A DNA stretch of 63,810 bases, filler included, from Octopus bimaculoides (GCF_001194135.2; 5 parts of 4 records of this genome joined end to end with filler, not necessarily neighbours in it), one strand, 5' to 3'. Positions 24,781-38,711 are shown, numbered from the whole stretch's first letter. Numbers and translations are program-made. The notes: generated by a model from the letters alone, not told the origin.

Positions 24781-25392
24781 GAAATTGAACCAGAATGTGT
24801 GTTACATACTATTCTTATAAAAGAATGTTGAGAGTGAGTTCGCAGTTCGGCTAGCTAAGCTATCGTCAATCGGCTGACCGAAAATTAGAAGTCACTGCTA
24901 CATTCTTATATAAGAATAATAAATGTATTCTACAAAAGTAGAGAGTCACCTTTCAGATTAATATAAAATTGTTTTTATTGTAACTGGACATAAAAACAAA
25001 CGTTTATATATATATATATATATATATANNNNNNNNNNNNNNNNNNNNNNNNNNNNNNNNNNNNNNNNNNNNNNNNNNNNNNNNNNNNNNNNNNNNNNNN
25101 NNNNNNNNNNNNNNNNNNNNNNNNNNNNNNNNNNNNNNNNNNNNNNNNNNNNNNNNNNNNNNNNNNNNNNNNNNNNNNNNNNNNNNNNNNNNNNNNNNNN
25201 NNNNNNNNNNNNNNNNNNNNNNNNATCGTCAATCGGCTGACCGAAAATTAGAAGTCACTGCTACATTCTTATATAAGAATAATAAATGTATTCTACAAAA
25301 GTAGAGAGTCACCTTTCAGATTAATATAAAATTGTTTTTATTGTAACTGGACATAAAAACAAACGTTTATATATATATGATAGATAGATAGA

Positions 25393-25775
25393 AGCGTAGG
25401 CATTACTGTGTGGCAAGAAGTTTGCTTCCTAGCCACATGGTTCCGGGTTCAGTCCCACTACAGGGCACCTTGAGCAAGTGTCTTCTACTATAGCTTGGAC
25501 CAACCAAAGCCTTGCGAGTGGATTTGATAGCTGGAAACTGAAAAAAGACCATCGTATAATATTTGTTCCCTCATCACCGCTTGACAACCGGTGTTGCTGT
25601 GTGTACGTCCCCATAACTTAGTGGTTAGGCAAAAGACACCGATAGAATAACTACTAGGCTTAAGAAATTAGTCCTGTGGTTGATTTGTTCAACTAAAAAC
25701 CCATCAAAGCAGTGCCTCGACATGGCTACAGTCAAATGACTGAAACAAGTAAAAGAATTACAGAATAAAAGAATA
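25393..25775 (+). mobile_element. tRNA-derived SINE family A, near full length
   Basis: Colinear with 19276-19630. Confidence 0.85.
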
Positions 25776-26080
25776 TATCTACTACATATGCAGAAAATCG
25801 GTGTGTGTTTGTTTGTGACGTTGTTAGCTAACTCCTCCTACATCATTTTATTGATTTTGATGAAACTTGACACGTGAATAGAACTCATGTCTGGAAACCT
25901 CGTAACATACTTAGATTGTTGAAAAAAATCAATAATACGGCCCCTGGAAGAGATCTTTACATCTACCTCATACAACTAATTTTTTTGAAACACCTAAGGA
26001 AAGTAACCCATAGCACCTGCACAATCTTTTTTTAAACACTCAAGGGAAATAACCCATAGCACCTGCACTTACAATTGTTA
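25776..26080 (+). mobile_element. Possible non-autonomous Helitron-like 5' end
   Basis: a|tctactacatatgcagaaaatcggtgtgtgtttgtttgt..ttgattttgatgaaacttgacac is the typical layout of such elements. A duplicated aagg.aa.taacccatagcacctgcac follows. Confidence 0.4.
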
Positions 26081-26083
26081 GAT

Positions 26084-27345
26084 TTTAGCGAAGCGATCAA
26101 TATTCGATTCTGACGATCAATGTAAATTTGCAATCCGGATATAGAAAAATGGAGATTTCGAAGTAGCTGTCCGTAGTTATCTTCTTTCACTTTGATTTTC
26201 AAAGAGATATTTACATCAGCTGGACAGCTGACCTCTATGATGATACATATTTTGTCTTGCTTGTCCCAAACAACATTATCCAGATGTCATGTTTACACTA
26301 AACAGATGTTTTGATGGGAATGTTCCATGTACAGATATTTGTGTTTGTATTCAATAACAAGGACATTCTCTATATTTATTCCAGGACAGCCTTTCTTCAG
26401 AATGGCATTGTTTATTGTTTTTGCGACAACATCAAATCGCATAGGGGGTAGTATCTTAATGACATGTTTAGACAGCTGCTAATCTCATGTGTGGTAACTT
26501 CCTCAGAAATATGACATAATCTGCATTTACGGTTGCATCATTGAACTCCAAGGGCTTCACTGTCTCTTTTGTTAATTTAGTATTTAGTAGCAATTTCCTG
26601 TTCTTAGATTGCAAATGCATAGCTTTCGAAATGTGATGTAGTGGTCACGAGTCCAAGAGAGGTTTCGCTTTATGTCAATGTTACTATCTTCTTCAAATCT
26701 TCGAGAAACACACCCATGCATGGTCTCGTTTTGGTATGTTGAACGTTTAACCTCCAGGATTTCTTTGAGGTATGCTAGTCCGACTGATTTGGGATTGTAT
26801 GGGAAGAGAGTACTTCCTGAGGAACTCACTTCCAACACGTAGGCTATTGTTTTCTTCACTTTTCAGCACTAAGTTCGTGTTTTTTTTTGTTTTTGTTTTT
26901 GCTGCTTTTGTTTTGCAAGTGCTGTCTGAGAAAGACTGCAACACTCGAAGGTTGCCTGCACTGATTTCAAACGCCTACCTCCTTTATCTCTTCTTGAGTA
27001 AAGTCTGTCGATATCACTATTCTTGTGGAGATTTCTAGTTAATGTTAAAATCTTGCGGGTTTTAATGTGTATGGAGTGGATAACTTCTATACATACATAC
27101 ATACATACATACATTTTCCTAAATATATAAATGTCTCCGTGGTTCACTGAAAGTTTAATATGGCTCAATTTTCGGCCATATTGGCCATCTTGTATATTAC
27201 TAGTGTTGAAGGTCCTTCCCCTTATATTTGAGTGGTATACTCATCACTTCTTGGCTCGTGGGTGCATTTAGCAGAGTCCACACTGTCGTGAGCCTTCGAA
27301 CAAAGTTTTCACCTGAGGTTATTGCACTGTCACCACGTCTACATT
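26084..27345 (-). mobile_element. R4/Dong-like (RLE) LINE fragment
   Basis: The minus strand gives ..ETMHG..IDIKRNLSW.., RHVIKILPPMRFDVVAK and the PDCKFTLI end shared with 17871-18300. Confidence 0.7.
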
Positions 27346-27506
27346 TTTTAGATGACAAAAATTAAAATTAAATTTACTTGTCAATGTTTTCCTTCCCTTT
27401 TCTAACAACTCACATGTCTTTTACTAACATGTGAACCACAGTTTATTCTGCATACTTTACAATTGTTCAGATTACTTTATGGAAGATGGTGTTTGAACAT
27501 ATATTG

Positions 27507-27651
27507 GTTTCAAACTTTGACACAAGGCCAGCAATTGTGGGAAAGGGGTTAAGTCGATTACATCGACCCCAGTTCTCAACTAGTACTTATTTTATCGTCC
27601 CCGAAGGGATAAAAGGCAAAGTCGACCTTGGCGGAATCTAAACTTAGGACT
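27507..27651 (-). mobile_element. 5'-truncated SINE family B with 18-bp target-site duplication
   Basis: GTGTTTGAACATATATTG at 27489-27506 and 27652-27669 flanks the insert. Confidence 0.9.
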
Positions 27652-27685
27652 GTGTTTGAACATATATTGATTCCACTTTCCCCAT

Positions 27686-28350
27686 TCAGCAGCAAAGACT
27701 TCTAGTTGATCTGGTAGTATGTCTCCCTGTCTTCCTTCTCCAGCTAATTATTTGGGTCACAATCTTAGTGAACCAACAGACATGTACTATTATTGGTGTT
27801 GCAACATACAGTAGGATATGATACAACTTGGCAACCGTAGGATCCCTTGTAAAACAATTATAACCTTTAATTATATCGTATAGGATTTTTTCATCAGTAA
27901 ACATTAGAATGCATCGGCAAAGAATACTGGATCCACCAGTTAAAGGTACAGAAATCAAAAACTAGACGTAAGAAATAAATTATTGATATCATAAAAACGG
28001 ATAATTTGTATTTTTGAAGTAAGTGGATAGCAAAAAGTTTTCTGAGTGGCATTTCATGTCTAAAATATGTTTGGTGTTTAGTGTCAGCTATTTGTTATTT
28101 AACAAGAAAGGGTGATATCATAATGATCGGAAGAAGTAATGATATTTTATTAAAACGTGTACGGTAAATTAATCCATTAAACTTATTGCAGATTATATCG
28201 GACGTCACCCGAGCAAAGACGTATTGGTTGTTGTAATAGTCATAGTTGAGGACGTCGGTGAACGTGTAGGCATGTATTACCATTCCATCACATTACCAAA
28301 TCAATGAAGGCGAATTGAAAGTTATGAATAGAAACCATGCTACAATCAAA
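27686..28350 (-). pseudogene. Decayed rhodopsin-family (neuropeptide-receptor-like) GPCR, approximately TM2 to ICL3
   Basis: Ordered motifs across frameshifts: FQFAFIDLVM (TM2), HAYTFTDVL..YVFARVTSDIICNK (ECL1/TM3 Cys), FCYPLTSK (ICL2), FLISVPL (TM4), YNCF..LYHILLYVATPIIVHVCWFTKIVTQIISWRRKTG (ECL2 Cys, TM5, ICL3). Several stops and frameshifts. Confidence 0.55.
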
Positions 28351-30342
28351 TAACTTTGTGTATCAATACATCTTGATTATATTGCATATTTTCCTTTTTT
28401 TTTTCTGGTAAGTCTGACGGATAAAAAAAAAACGCTATTTAACAGTCTTGGCTCTTTTAAAAGATAAAATTTTCTAATAATTAATAGCAATTTAATATTT
28501 CCAGACTAATTACTCCCTCCCCACCCATCTTCTGCAGCTTAATCCCCCCACTTTTTTTCTTTCTCTTTGTTTCTTTGATGAGGTAGTTTGGTATTTTTTC
28601 TCTCGATAATTTGATCTTTTATACTTTTAATGTTTTTCTCTTTCTTTTCTTACTGTAAAAATATGTTAATAAAATCAAAATCTAATACCAAAAGAAAAAC
28701 AAAAATCTCGTATATTTCTGTGAAATTAACGTCAAAATGAACAGCAATATAACACAATGCATTCAAGACATTAATTTAAAAACTAACGGTTATTAATTTT
28801 TACGTATTTGATATATGAACTCCGAAATGAAGAAGGGTATTTTTTCTATTTCTTTCTGTTTTAAATTCTCCTTACTCATGATTTGTAAGTAGAAAATTTG
28901 ATATTCAGCTCTAATCCTATTCTGAATCAACATGATCGGAAATCTTAGGCAATGAAACAAACGAACAAGGAATTGTCGAACTATAACGATTTGTTTAAAT
29001 ATTATTTACGCATTTTCGACCCTTCTCAAATCATCTGAGTTTTGAAAATTTGAAACCCGCCCCTTTTTCACATAAATACAAAAATTAATTCCCTACTTTT
29101 TAGTTTAATGAACATGCTAAATAATACGAATAATATGAAATAAATAAGTTTTTATTATTCAGTTTATTTTGACAGCCTGAGCGGAAGCTGATAGTAAATA
29201 AATGTTTTTCATATTGAAATGTTTTATTGTATAATTTAAAATATTTTCACATATTTCGTTTGTGAAAGAATATCAGTTGACTGAATAATTAAGGTGAAGG
29301 ATTATCCCAGCCAAGATTCGAACGTTCGTCATTTGTTCACATAAAAGAAAAATGTTTTAGTCCTCTTTTTCAATTAGTTACAAAGAAGGGACATTACATA
29401 GAAGGGAAATTGATCAAGAACTTCCCAAATTAGTGTGATGGATGCATCTGATGTTCAGTTTAAATTTTTTCGTTCAACATCTATTGAAAAGAGAAGAGAA
29501 CGTCAACGTATTCATTCGTTATGCTAAAACTAGCAGCCAAATCTTCCTCAAATTATACCAGCTATTTTCAGGAAAAACAAAACATACCTTTAATAAACTC
29601 CTGGGTGTACTGACCTTGAAGAAATAGATGGGATGATTCTGACTGGAATAGTTTTTATTATAGGCTTGCTTCATGTGATTAAACCAGTGGATACAAAAAC
29701 ATAACTACATGAGTACATATATGTGTGCTCAGATGCACATACACAGATGGCTGCACATGCATACCAAAATCGTCAACAGTCACTGTCACCATATGTGAGG
29801 GGGACAGACACATATATATCCATATTACATAACCATATTATATGGTTTTATATACTTTTTGTAGGTTTTTTGTATGTGCCTTATATTTTTATATTTTTAT
29901 TTTTTATTTTTATTCTTATTTTATATTTGTATTAAAATTTGGCAAAATCCATGTATTGAATTTTGTAAATCTCTGAAGAGGCCTAGCGAATCATGCATGT
30001 ACCCCCATCACATCATTTTCTTCTACTAATTACTCCAGCGTACGGGAGCTGTAGAGATAGAATGGGGCATGCCAACGCTAGGCTGAAACAGCTGTACGAT
30101 TTTGTCCCTTCTCCAATTGCTAAATGTTCTTTAAATTTGAAATCTTAATTGTTGATATGACATGGTATGTCACAAGTGTCTGTATATTGTGCTTTTTGTC
30201 AATTTAGTTATAAAATAAACAGATTAATCAACGGAATACAGTGTCTGCAAGTTGATGAGTACCTCATACTCCCCTCCATTTTCTTAATGCTATATATATA
30301 TATATACATACACACACACACACAAACACATACACACACACA

Positions 30343-30420
<78 letters not shown>

Positions 30421-30879
30421 TATATATATATATATATGTACATTTAAAAAATGTGTGTATGTATGTATGTAAGCAGGTACGCAGGTATGCATGTAAATAC
30501 GCAATACCAATTAAGCCATGTCCGTAAATAAATGGCCACTTATATACAGTACTTACTCTGTTTTCAGGATTTACGCCACTAACTGCAGTTTTATTTACTA
30601 CCTATTTTTACTGATTTAATGACAATACTAATTAGCAAAAGAATAAAGAATGTTACGTGTATAATATCTATAGTCTCCAGATGTTACATTTGAAAATCTT
30701 TTGTTACTAAAAAAAATCCACTTAAAAGGGGCGCTATTCTCCGAAAGTACATATTACCTATGGTAATTCGATACAAGACAATTGAGACAGCATTCCCACA
30801 TAAACATTAGGACAAAAGTTATGTAAATCGAAATGTTATTATATAATTGACTATCCATCCATCGATCCATCAATCAATA

Positions 30880-31285
30880 TATCTTCTCCTCCCACTATTT
30901 CTCGGAGGAACGTTGGGATAAAGTCCTATCATGGTGTCCTATCGGAGCAACCATCATTAGACTTTTTGGTTGGATTCGTGAGTAACTGATACAATATATA
31001 TTATCCAACCATCTCGTTCTTTGTCAATCTCGAGGTTTCCTGCCGGTTGGCTTGGCTTCAAGAATCTGTTTTGCAATTTTTTTCCTGTGACGTTCTAATC
31101 ACATGTCCGTAGTAACGGAGCTGTGACATCACAAGTTGGTTAAGTAGTGGCTCGACCTGGAGAGACTCTCTGATCTCCAAGCTATGCACCCTATTGAGTA
31201 ATGTTACCCCAGAGATCCTTCGGAGAAACCCCATTTCCGACCGCTAGCATTTGCAAATGTACTCTTTTGGCCATTACAAATCATT
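30880..31285 (-). mobile_element. RTE/Expander LINE C-terminal fragment
   Basis: The minus strand reads SEMGFLRRISGVTLLNRVHSLEIRESLQVEPLLNQLVMSQLRYYGHVIR. Confidence 0.75.
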
Positions 31286-31479
31286 TATGACCATATGTGA
31301 GGATAGGCAGAAAAAACAAAAGGGAAAAAAGTGAATCGAAGATGGTAAGTTTGGCTGTTTTAACCAACTTTTCTTCTGAGAATCAAATGCTGGAGTTAGT
31401 GCATTACTGTGCCAACACTTACAATTCTAGCGTCCAATTCTAGCGTCCTGAGTTAATTGATCTTATTATTGCTCTCTAT

Positions 31480-31955
31480 TACAGGCGCAAGGCCTGATAT
31501 TTGAGGGGAGGAGTTAGTCGATTACATTAATTATTTTATCGACACCGAAAGGATGAGAGGCAAAGTCGGCCTCGGCGAAATTTGAACTCAGAACCTGAAG
31601 ACGGACGACATTCCGCTAACGATGCTCACAGCTCGTAGCCTTGAGTGACTTTATTACTGATGTCAAATTTTCGAGGAAGGTACTAAGTCGATTACATCGA
31701 CCCCAGTATTCAACTGGTACTTATTTTATCGACCTCGCACGGATGAAAGGCAAAGTCGACCTCAGCGAAATTTGAACTCAAAACGTGAAAACGGACGAAA
31801 TACTGGTATTCAACTGGTACTTATTTTATGAACCCCAAAAGGATGGCAGGAAAAGTCGACCTCGGCGGAATTTGAACTCAGAACGTAAAGATGGATGAAA
31901 TGCTGCTAAGCGTTTCGCCGACGTGCTAACGGTTCTGCCAGTTTGCCACCTTAAT
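31480..31955 (-). mobile_element. Cluster of three head-to-tail SINE family B copies
   Basis: aaggcaaagtcgacctc.gcg.aatttgaactca.aacgt.aa recurs at ~31555, ~31745 and ~31845. Confidence 0.8.
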
Positions 31956-32590
31956 TGACTTTGGTATTAAAAACAATATTAATTCTTTTATAGCATAAAG
32001 ATTTACTATAATCGATTAATAAAGCGATGCATGCGAACCTTTGTGATTCGAAATTGGCATTTTCTAACATTTAAAGACATTTTAACATTATCAGTATGAC
32101 AATCATTTTCCATGCAGAGCTAAATTCTCAATTAATTTTGTAACATAAACTATGCAAATTGAAATTTTATTTGTATGTTATTTTTTTATTTGAATGTATT
32201 TTAAAACACAATTTTATTCTAAAAGAACTCCTCAGTATTGATTAAATATTAGTCGATTAAAAGAGATTCCACTATCAGCACTATGACAGCAATATGGTTC
32301 TATATTATGTTTATGAACTTTTGGATAAAAAAGTCATAAATATGTAAGAATGTCTAGCAACACAAAAACGACCACAAGGTTTTTTTTTTAAGTGAAAATT
32401 ATGAATGGAGCGAGATGATTTAAAAAGCGTCGAACAACGGGAACACCGGATTTCGGAAATGAAGAATTAGCGTTGTTGTAATACATACATACATGGCATT
32501 GTTGTAATACATATATACAGGGCCTTGTTGTAATACATACATACATACATACATACATACATACATACATACATACATACATACATACAT

Positions 32591-33165
32591 CATGTCCCAA
32601 TGTGACATGACATCGTCACAAAAACAATATACAATGTCATCTGGAAAAAAGATTGTCCAAGAATAAATACAGATAATGCTTCTGTAATTGAATACGTATA
32701 CAAATATTAACACATGGAATACTAGTAGAACAATCCCATGAAAACATCTGTCAAATGTAAGCGTAACAGGCCAGACATAGTTGTTTGAGAGAACAAAAAC
32801 AAAAAACTATGTACTGTCACAGAGGTCAAAGAGAAAGAAACTATGGACAGCTCCTTCGAAATCTCCAGCTCTTATATTCGGATTACAAATTTACATGTAT
32901 ACCAATTAGAGATGAAGCACTTGATTTTGTAAGTGCCTAATTGTCAGTCTAGATAAGCTTGGATTTTCAGGAAAAGAAATCACCCGGGTGATTCACACAC
33001 TACAAATACAATCTGTAAGCGGAACAGTAAAACTATGCAAAACTTTTCGCAGGTTTAAAATGTGACGTTGTTTTCGTTATCTACATTCCAAAGATGGAGC
33101 TTTGTATCTTACTTAGAAACCAGTTCCTTTTCAGAGGAAGAATTTAAATTACCAAAAATAGAAGC
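32591..33165 (+). mobile_element. 3' fragment of R4/Dong-like LINE, subfamily A
   Basis: RHD.VTKTIY..,RPDIVV.ENK.KKLCTV.., QLLYSDYKFTCIPI. Flanked by (CATA)n. Confidence 0.75.
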
Positions 33166-33203
33166 TATATATACATACACACATACATACATAGACACAT
33201 ACA

Positions 33204-33237
<34 letters not shown>

Positions 33238-33323
33238 CATGCAGTTAGAAACAATAAAGTTCCCGGATCTATGTTCAATGTTTTCAGACCTTCACCATAT
33301 CACCTTCAGGATGTGAAATCTCT

Positions 33324-33385
<62 letters not shown>

Positions 33386-33436
33386 TACACTCACACACAC
33401 ACATACACACACACACGCCATACATACATACATACA

Positions 33437-34850
33437 TACCATCTTGAAATTAAACACAAGGAGTGATTGTATCATCACTGATAGAATACAGTATCGCAGG
33501 GGCATATTCCAGGGGGACAACCTCTCTGTGATGTTATTTATATTTTCTGTAAACCCTTTGCCATTCGTGTTAGGGAAGTCTGAAGGGTATCTCACTGGTT
33601 CACAAGGAAACAGAAATATCAAAATTACACAGTTTCTTTGTAGATGACTTGTACTATATGCCTAGAATATACAGCAGAGGAAAAAGAGTATTGACCTAGT
33701 TACAACTTTCTCAAAGGGTATAAGGTTGGAGCTTGATCAGAAAAATTGTTGCTGTATGTTTTTGTGAAAAGAGAGAAAACTGTAAACCAGACGATCAACA
33801 TCTCTATCAATGACTTAACTGTTTCCCCTATATCTGATGAGGAATGTTACAGATATCTAGGAGTGGATGAAAATATATTTTACAATGGCACCTGTAACAA
33901 AACACGTGTCGCTAAAGAATATTACGGCCGAATAAAGAAAATATGGACCTCGTAACTCTCTGTTTTCAATAAAACAGTGGCCCACAATGTGTTTGCAGTG
34001 CCAGTACTCATACCAACATTTGGGCTACTTAATTGGACGCTTGAGGAGATGCGAGCCATTGATGTGAAAATCCGGAAGATACGAACCAGCACACATTATT
34101 TCCACATCAACATTCACGTAGACCGCCTCTGTCTAAAACGAAAATAAGGGAGACCAAATATTAACCAAATACCTGGTGGACAAAAGGGACAGAGACGCAG
34201 GAAAAGCATCAAAATGTGATAACTGATGCAGACTTTGTGGAGTTAACACCGAAGATAGAAACCGCAACATAAGCAGTTGTCCGAAAATGCCCTCACGGTA
34301 TTGTCTACCGATGAGACACGGTGCTGTAGCTAGGACAGTGTGTAATGAGATCCGTCGGAAGGATAACCCCGAGGCCAAAGAAATAAGAACCCACAGCATG
34401 GTAGAAGCCATAGCCACTCATGATAAAAAGGATTCTGGTGAAATGTCCCAGCGAAAACCAGAATAACATAATACACCTGATATAGTGATTTGGGATAGAG
34501 AAGAGAAACTGTGTACCGGGTGGAAACCAGCTGCCCAGCGGATGTTAACATAAAGCTAGAAATCAACGAAAAAGAATACCTATGTTGAACTATTGAAAAA
34601 TTTACAGTTACTCTACCTGGATTATAAGTTCAGGTTTATACCTGTAATTATTCGGGAGCTGGGATATGTAACACACTGCTTAAAAACCAATCTTGAGAAA
34701 TTAGGTTTCTCAAAACCACAAAGGAGAAAACTGACGCGAAGTCTACAGATTCAATCTATCACTGGAACTGTAAAAATCTTTAAAAAATTCAGACGTTTAT
34801 CATTTAAATATATATGAGCATGCCTAGACATGCAACTATACACATATACA
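33437..34850 (+). mobile_element. R4/Dong-like LINE, subfamily B (RT C-half plus RLE), frameshifted
   Basis: YRRGIFQGDNLSVMLF RT motif, YRYLGVDE, and an LQLLYLDYKFRFIPVIIRELG..LQIQSITGTVKI end. Confidence 0.85.
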
Positions 34851-36134
34851 CATATACACACACACACGCACGCACACACACGCACACATATGCACGCGTG
34901 CACATATGCACGCGTGCACATATGCACGCGTGCACATAAGGCTCACTTCGGAAATCCCAACGATCCAACATAAATTCATACAAATGAAATAGGACACAGA
35001 CTCACGTAAAGATTAAGCACCGTACGATTCATCGTACTTCAAACAACTGACTGAAAATGTATTTGCAAGAGTTCACCAGACGTCAGTCACGCAAACATAA
35101 TGTTTTCCACAGCATTCATCAAATGCATTAGACATTACCATTCTGTATAATTTTATTTCAAATTAGTAATTTTCAAAAACAACTAAAGCAAGATAAGTCA
35201 AACTCAATTCACACAAAATCAGATTCTGCAATTGCTTGTCAAACTAAATTGTAAACTCGTGTTATATAACTGAAAATATAATTGTTTCTGAATTTTCTAT
35301 GGAAAACAAGCTGGAGAGTAAGTGATCAAACAAAATTATCAAAATATATATCTACCAGCCTAATAAAAAAAAGTGATATTAAATAATACTTATAGTCACA
35401 GATGACCGTANNNNNNNNNNNNNNNNNNNNNNNNNNNNNNNNNNNNNNNNNNNNTTAATTAATTAANNNNNNNNNNNNNNNNNNNNNNNNNNNNNNNNNN
35501 NNNNNNNNNNAAAACATATTTCCTGAAATTGCAAATTATTTAAAATATAAAAATATAATTTTCAACAGAGAGAATTTATCAAAATAGAAAACAAATGAAG
35601 TTTGAAGTTTTAAAATAATAGGATCGACCACTCACGACTAGCTAGCGCGGACGCGCGAACTTTCGAGTAATAGATAGATAGAGAGAGAGAGAGACAGACA
35701 GACATATAGCTCCCTCCGGCCAGTCATGGTATTAACTGTCAGTAGCCAAAGAATCGACAGGCCAGCAACAGGCAGGCAGACAGACAGATACTTCACTAGC
35801 AGTGAGCACTTTCACTTCTGACAGCTAATAGCATGATAGTGCCAAATGAATACAACTCTACTCTTACAGCTGTTTCTACTTTGGGAGTCCAGCATGCCAG
35901 AGCTGACACATCATGCAAAAATTATACAAAGATTAAACCCCAAAGCTTCATCAGAGAATCCATAATGGTAAGAATTAATAAGCGTAAAATAGTAAAAAAG
36001 TAAAGTCGAAGGTAAAATCCAAGGGTTGTGAGATCATATCTTATTTCAATATGATGGGGAGATGGTAAAGAAAAACATTATAGGTTTGGGTTAATCCTTA
36101 TAACAGGGGTCATTAGTTAGAAACTAAAAAGTCT

Positions 36135-36270
36135 CCTTGTGATTTGACGGCCAACACTTGTTTTCTTAACGAAACACTTTCAAACTTGGGACACTGGTAG
36201 AATGTGTCATACAAAACAACTTTTTCTTAGCCTTCTTAACAAAAAATTGTTGCCCGTCAAATCATAAAGG
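36135..36270. mobile_element. Small MITE with ~22-bp TIRs
   Basis: ccttgtgatttgacggccaaca versus tgttgcccgtcaaatcataaagg. Confidence 0.6.
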
Positions 36271-37699
36271 TCCACTAAAAACTATGCAATAGCATAGTAA
36301 TAAAATTTAGTTAAGGTAAACAGAGTTGGGGAATCATTAAGTAATTATATCAATAAAGAAATAATTTGGGTATAAATTAAGTGTGATGTTATTATTTACT
36401 AACAAAAGAATGTCATCGTAGTGTCCCTATGTTAAGTGGGGTAAGACCAATGCCAATCCTATAACTTAATTGGTCAGCTAATATTTAAAAACAATCAATA
36501 AAATACAAAACAAATTTAAGAAAATATTCAAGGAAAATTTAAGAAGAGATTGTCTAAAGGGCTTTAAATACTAAGGGGGACAGTAAAAATAAATAGGTGC
36601 GGAAAGGAATCTGTTATTATGTTATGAATACTTACTTCTAAGATAATTTTTCTAATTGTAAAAATAATTATCTCACTAAAAATTTTCGTTTTTGTGAACT
36701 ATGGCTAAAGGGAGATAACTGTGCAAAACATTTAAACATTAAAATATACGAAAAGCTATTGGTTTTTACCAACAACTCTTAATATTTTACATTTGAATGT
36801 TAACATAAATAAGCTTTTAAAATAAATACCTGGCAGTAAAATATAAGATATAATATACTTGGTAAAATATTACTTGGTATAGTATACTTGGTAAAAATAT
36901 ATACATGGTAAAATATTACAATATACGAAACGTCAAAATATAGAGAAATATTAAAGTATTAGAATTTACGAAAAACATGAATATTTGGTAATCATGTAAG
37001 GAAAATAGGTGTTATAGAATTTCATAAAAACTTTCATTAAAAAAACAGAGCCAAGAAACAAAAGAAAAACAGTGTAATAGGTGTAAAATTACTTGCTCTG
37101 AACGAATATGAAGAAAAAAAAATGCTCGCTCACGAAAGAGTAAGGTGGGGAGAAGACTCGGAAAATTCCCATCGTCAGTCCATGGCCTTTAAACTATAGT
37201 GTTTGACCCAAGCACTCATTTACGGCAAGTTGTTTGACACCTACAACATTATTTTCCTGTTGTTTTTGTGTGCTCGGATCAAACGCTTTAGTTTAACCCT
37301 CCGTTTTCTATCACGGGGGTAGGGAGTTCAACTATATTGTTCCAACGTCGACTGCATTAGTAAATCCTCATAAATATTTGTTTATGTGTTTGTATGTATG
37401 TATGCATTCAGTTTATTTCAAGAATTCTTGCCAATAGAGAAAGAACCGGTTTCCAATCTAGATCTAAGGCTCCTTCATAGGAATTTCAGCATCAACAACA
37501 GGGTATTTTTGTTTGTATGTATGTATGTATGTATGTATGTATGTATGGGTGGGTGGATGGATGGATGGATGGATGCACGTATGTATGTATGTATGTATGG
37601 GTGGGTGGATGGATAGATGGATGGATGCACGTACGTATGTATGTATGTATGTATGTATGTATGTATGTATGCGCTGATTTTTGTTTTATGTATGTATTC

Positions 37700-38270
37700 T
37701 CATGCATATAGTTACATATCTAGACATGCTCATATATATTTAAATGATAAATTTCTGAAAAGTTTTACAGATTTTTACAGTTCCAGTGATAGATTGGATT
37801 AGCTTTCTCCTTTCTGGTTTTGAGAAGCCTAATTTCTCAAGATTGGTATTTAGGCAGTGTATTACGTATCCCAGGGCTCCAATAATTACAGGTATAAACC
37901 TGAACTTGTAACCGGGATAGAGTAACTGCAGATTTCTCGATAGTTCGGCATAGGTGTTCTCTTTTTCACTGATTTTCAGCTGTTATGTTAACATCCACCG
38001 AGTAGCTTATTTCCACAACTGTGCACGGTTTCTCTTCTCTATCCCAAATCATTATATCAGGTCTGTTGTGCTTACATTTTATTGAGGTCTACACTAGGAC
38101 ATTCCACCAGTATTCCTTTTCATTATGAGTGGCTATGGCTTCTACCATATGGGTTTTTATTTCTTTGTCCTCGGGATTATCCTTCCGACGGATTTCATTA
38201 TAGAGTGTCCTAGCTACATCGTCATGTCTCATCGATAGATAATACCGTGATGACACTTTCGGACAACTAC
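37700..38270 (-). mobile_element. 3' fragment of R4/Dong-like LINE, subfamily B
   Basis: GSCPKVSSRYYLSMRHDDVARTLYNEIRRKDNPEDKEIK matches 34300-34430. Same 3' end as 34800-34850. Confidence 0.8.
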
Positions 38271-38298
38271 CTGTATGTATGTATGTATGTATGTATGT

Positions 38299-38523
38299 GT
38301 GCCAGAGGGTTTGCAAATCCAATGGGGGTCTTAAAAGACATGTTAGGATCCACAATGAGCAGAACTTACTTGCAGGTATTGGTAGTGCAAATCAGAGGTG
38401 CAATCTGTGTGGGTGTTTTTTCAAAACACTGTCTGGTTTAAAAAGCCACATCAGACGCCATGAAAGGGCTAAGGTGTAGGTGCAGGAGGTGGTCAAACTC
38501 TGTTTAAGGAGTAGACAACCACC
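38299..38523 (+). mobile_element. 3' end of a LINE encoding two C2H2 zinc fingers
   Basis: CQRVCKSNGGLKRHVRIH and CNLCGCFFKTLSGLKSHIRRH, then stop, short UTR and (TATG)n. No splice acceptor; 5' end is a microsatellite. Confidence 0.55.
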
Positions 38524-38664
38524 ATGTATGTGTGTATGCATGTATGTATGTATGTATGCTATTTACTTTTATTTAATTTCTCTCCAACAGAGAAAGACTC
38601 GATTTCTAACCTAGATCAGAAGCGCCTTCATTTGAATTTCAACATCAATAATATATATATATAC

Positions 38665-38711
<47 letters not shown>

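Noticed and set aside
24862-25378. Direct repeats on either side of gaps (24862-25027 vs 25225-25378; also 38569-38660 vs 38809-38900)
   Set aside because: Identical sequence ending in a microsatellite at both contig ends indicates unmerged overlaps.
29290-29700. Protein-looking frame (DASDVQFKFFRSTSIEKRRERQRIHSLC..DLEEIDGMILTGIVFIIGLL)
   Set aside because: Several stops at roughly the rate expected in AT-rich DNA and no family I can name. A tblastx search would settle it.
38279-38479. Host C2H2 zinc-finger gene (cephalopods have large C2H2 expansions)
   Set aside because: No TGEKP linkers or splice acceptor, and the ATG lies in a microsatellite. It fits a LINE C-terminal zinc finger better.
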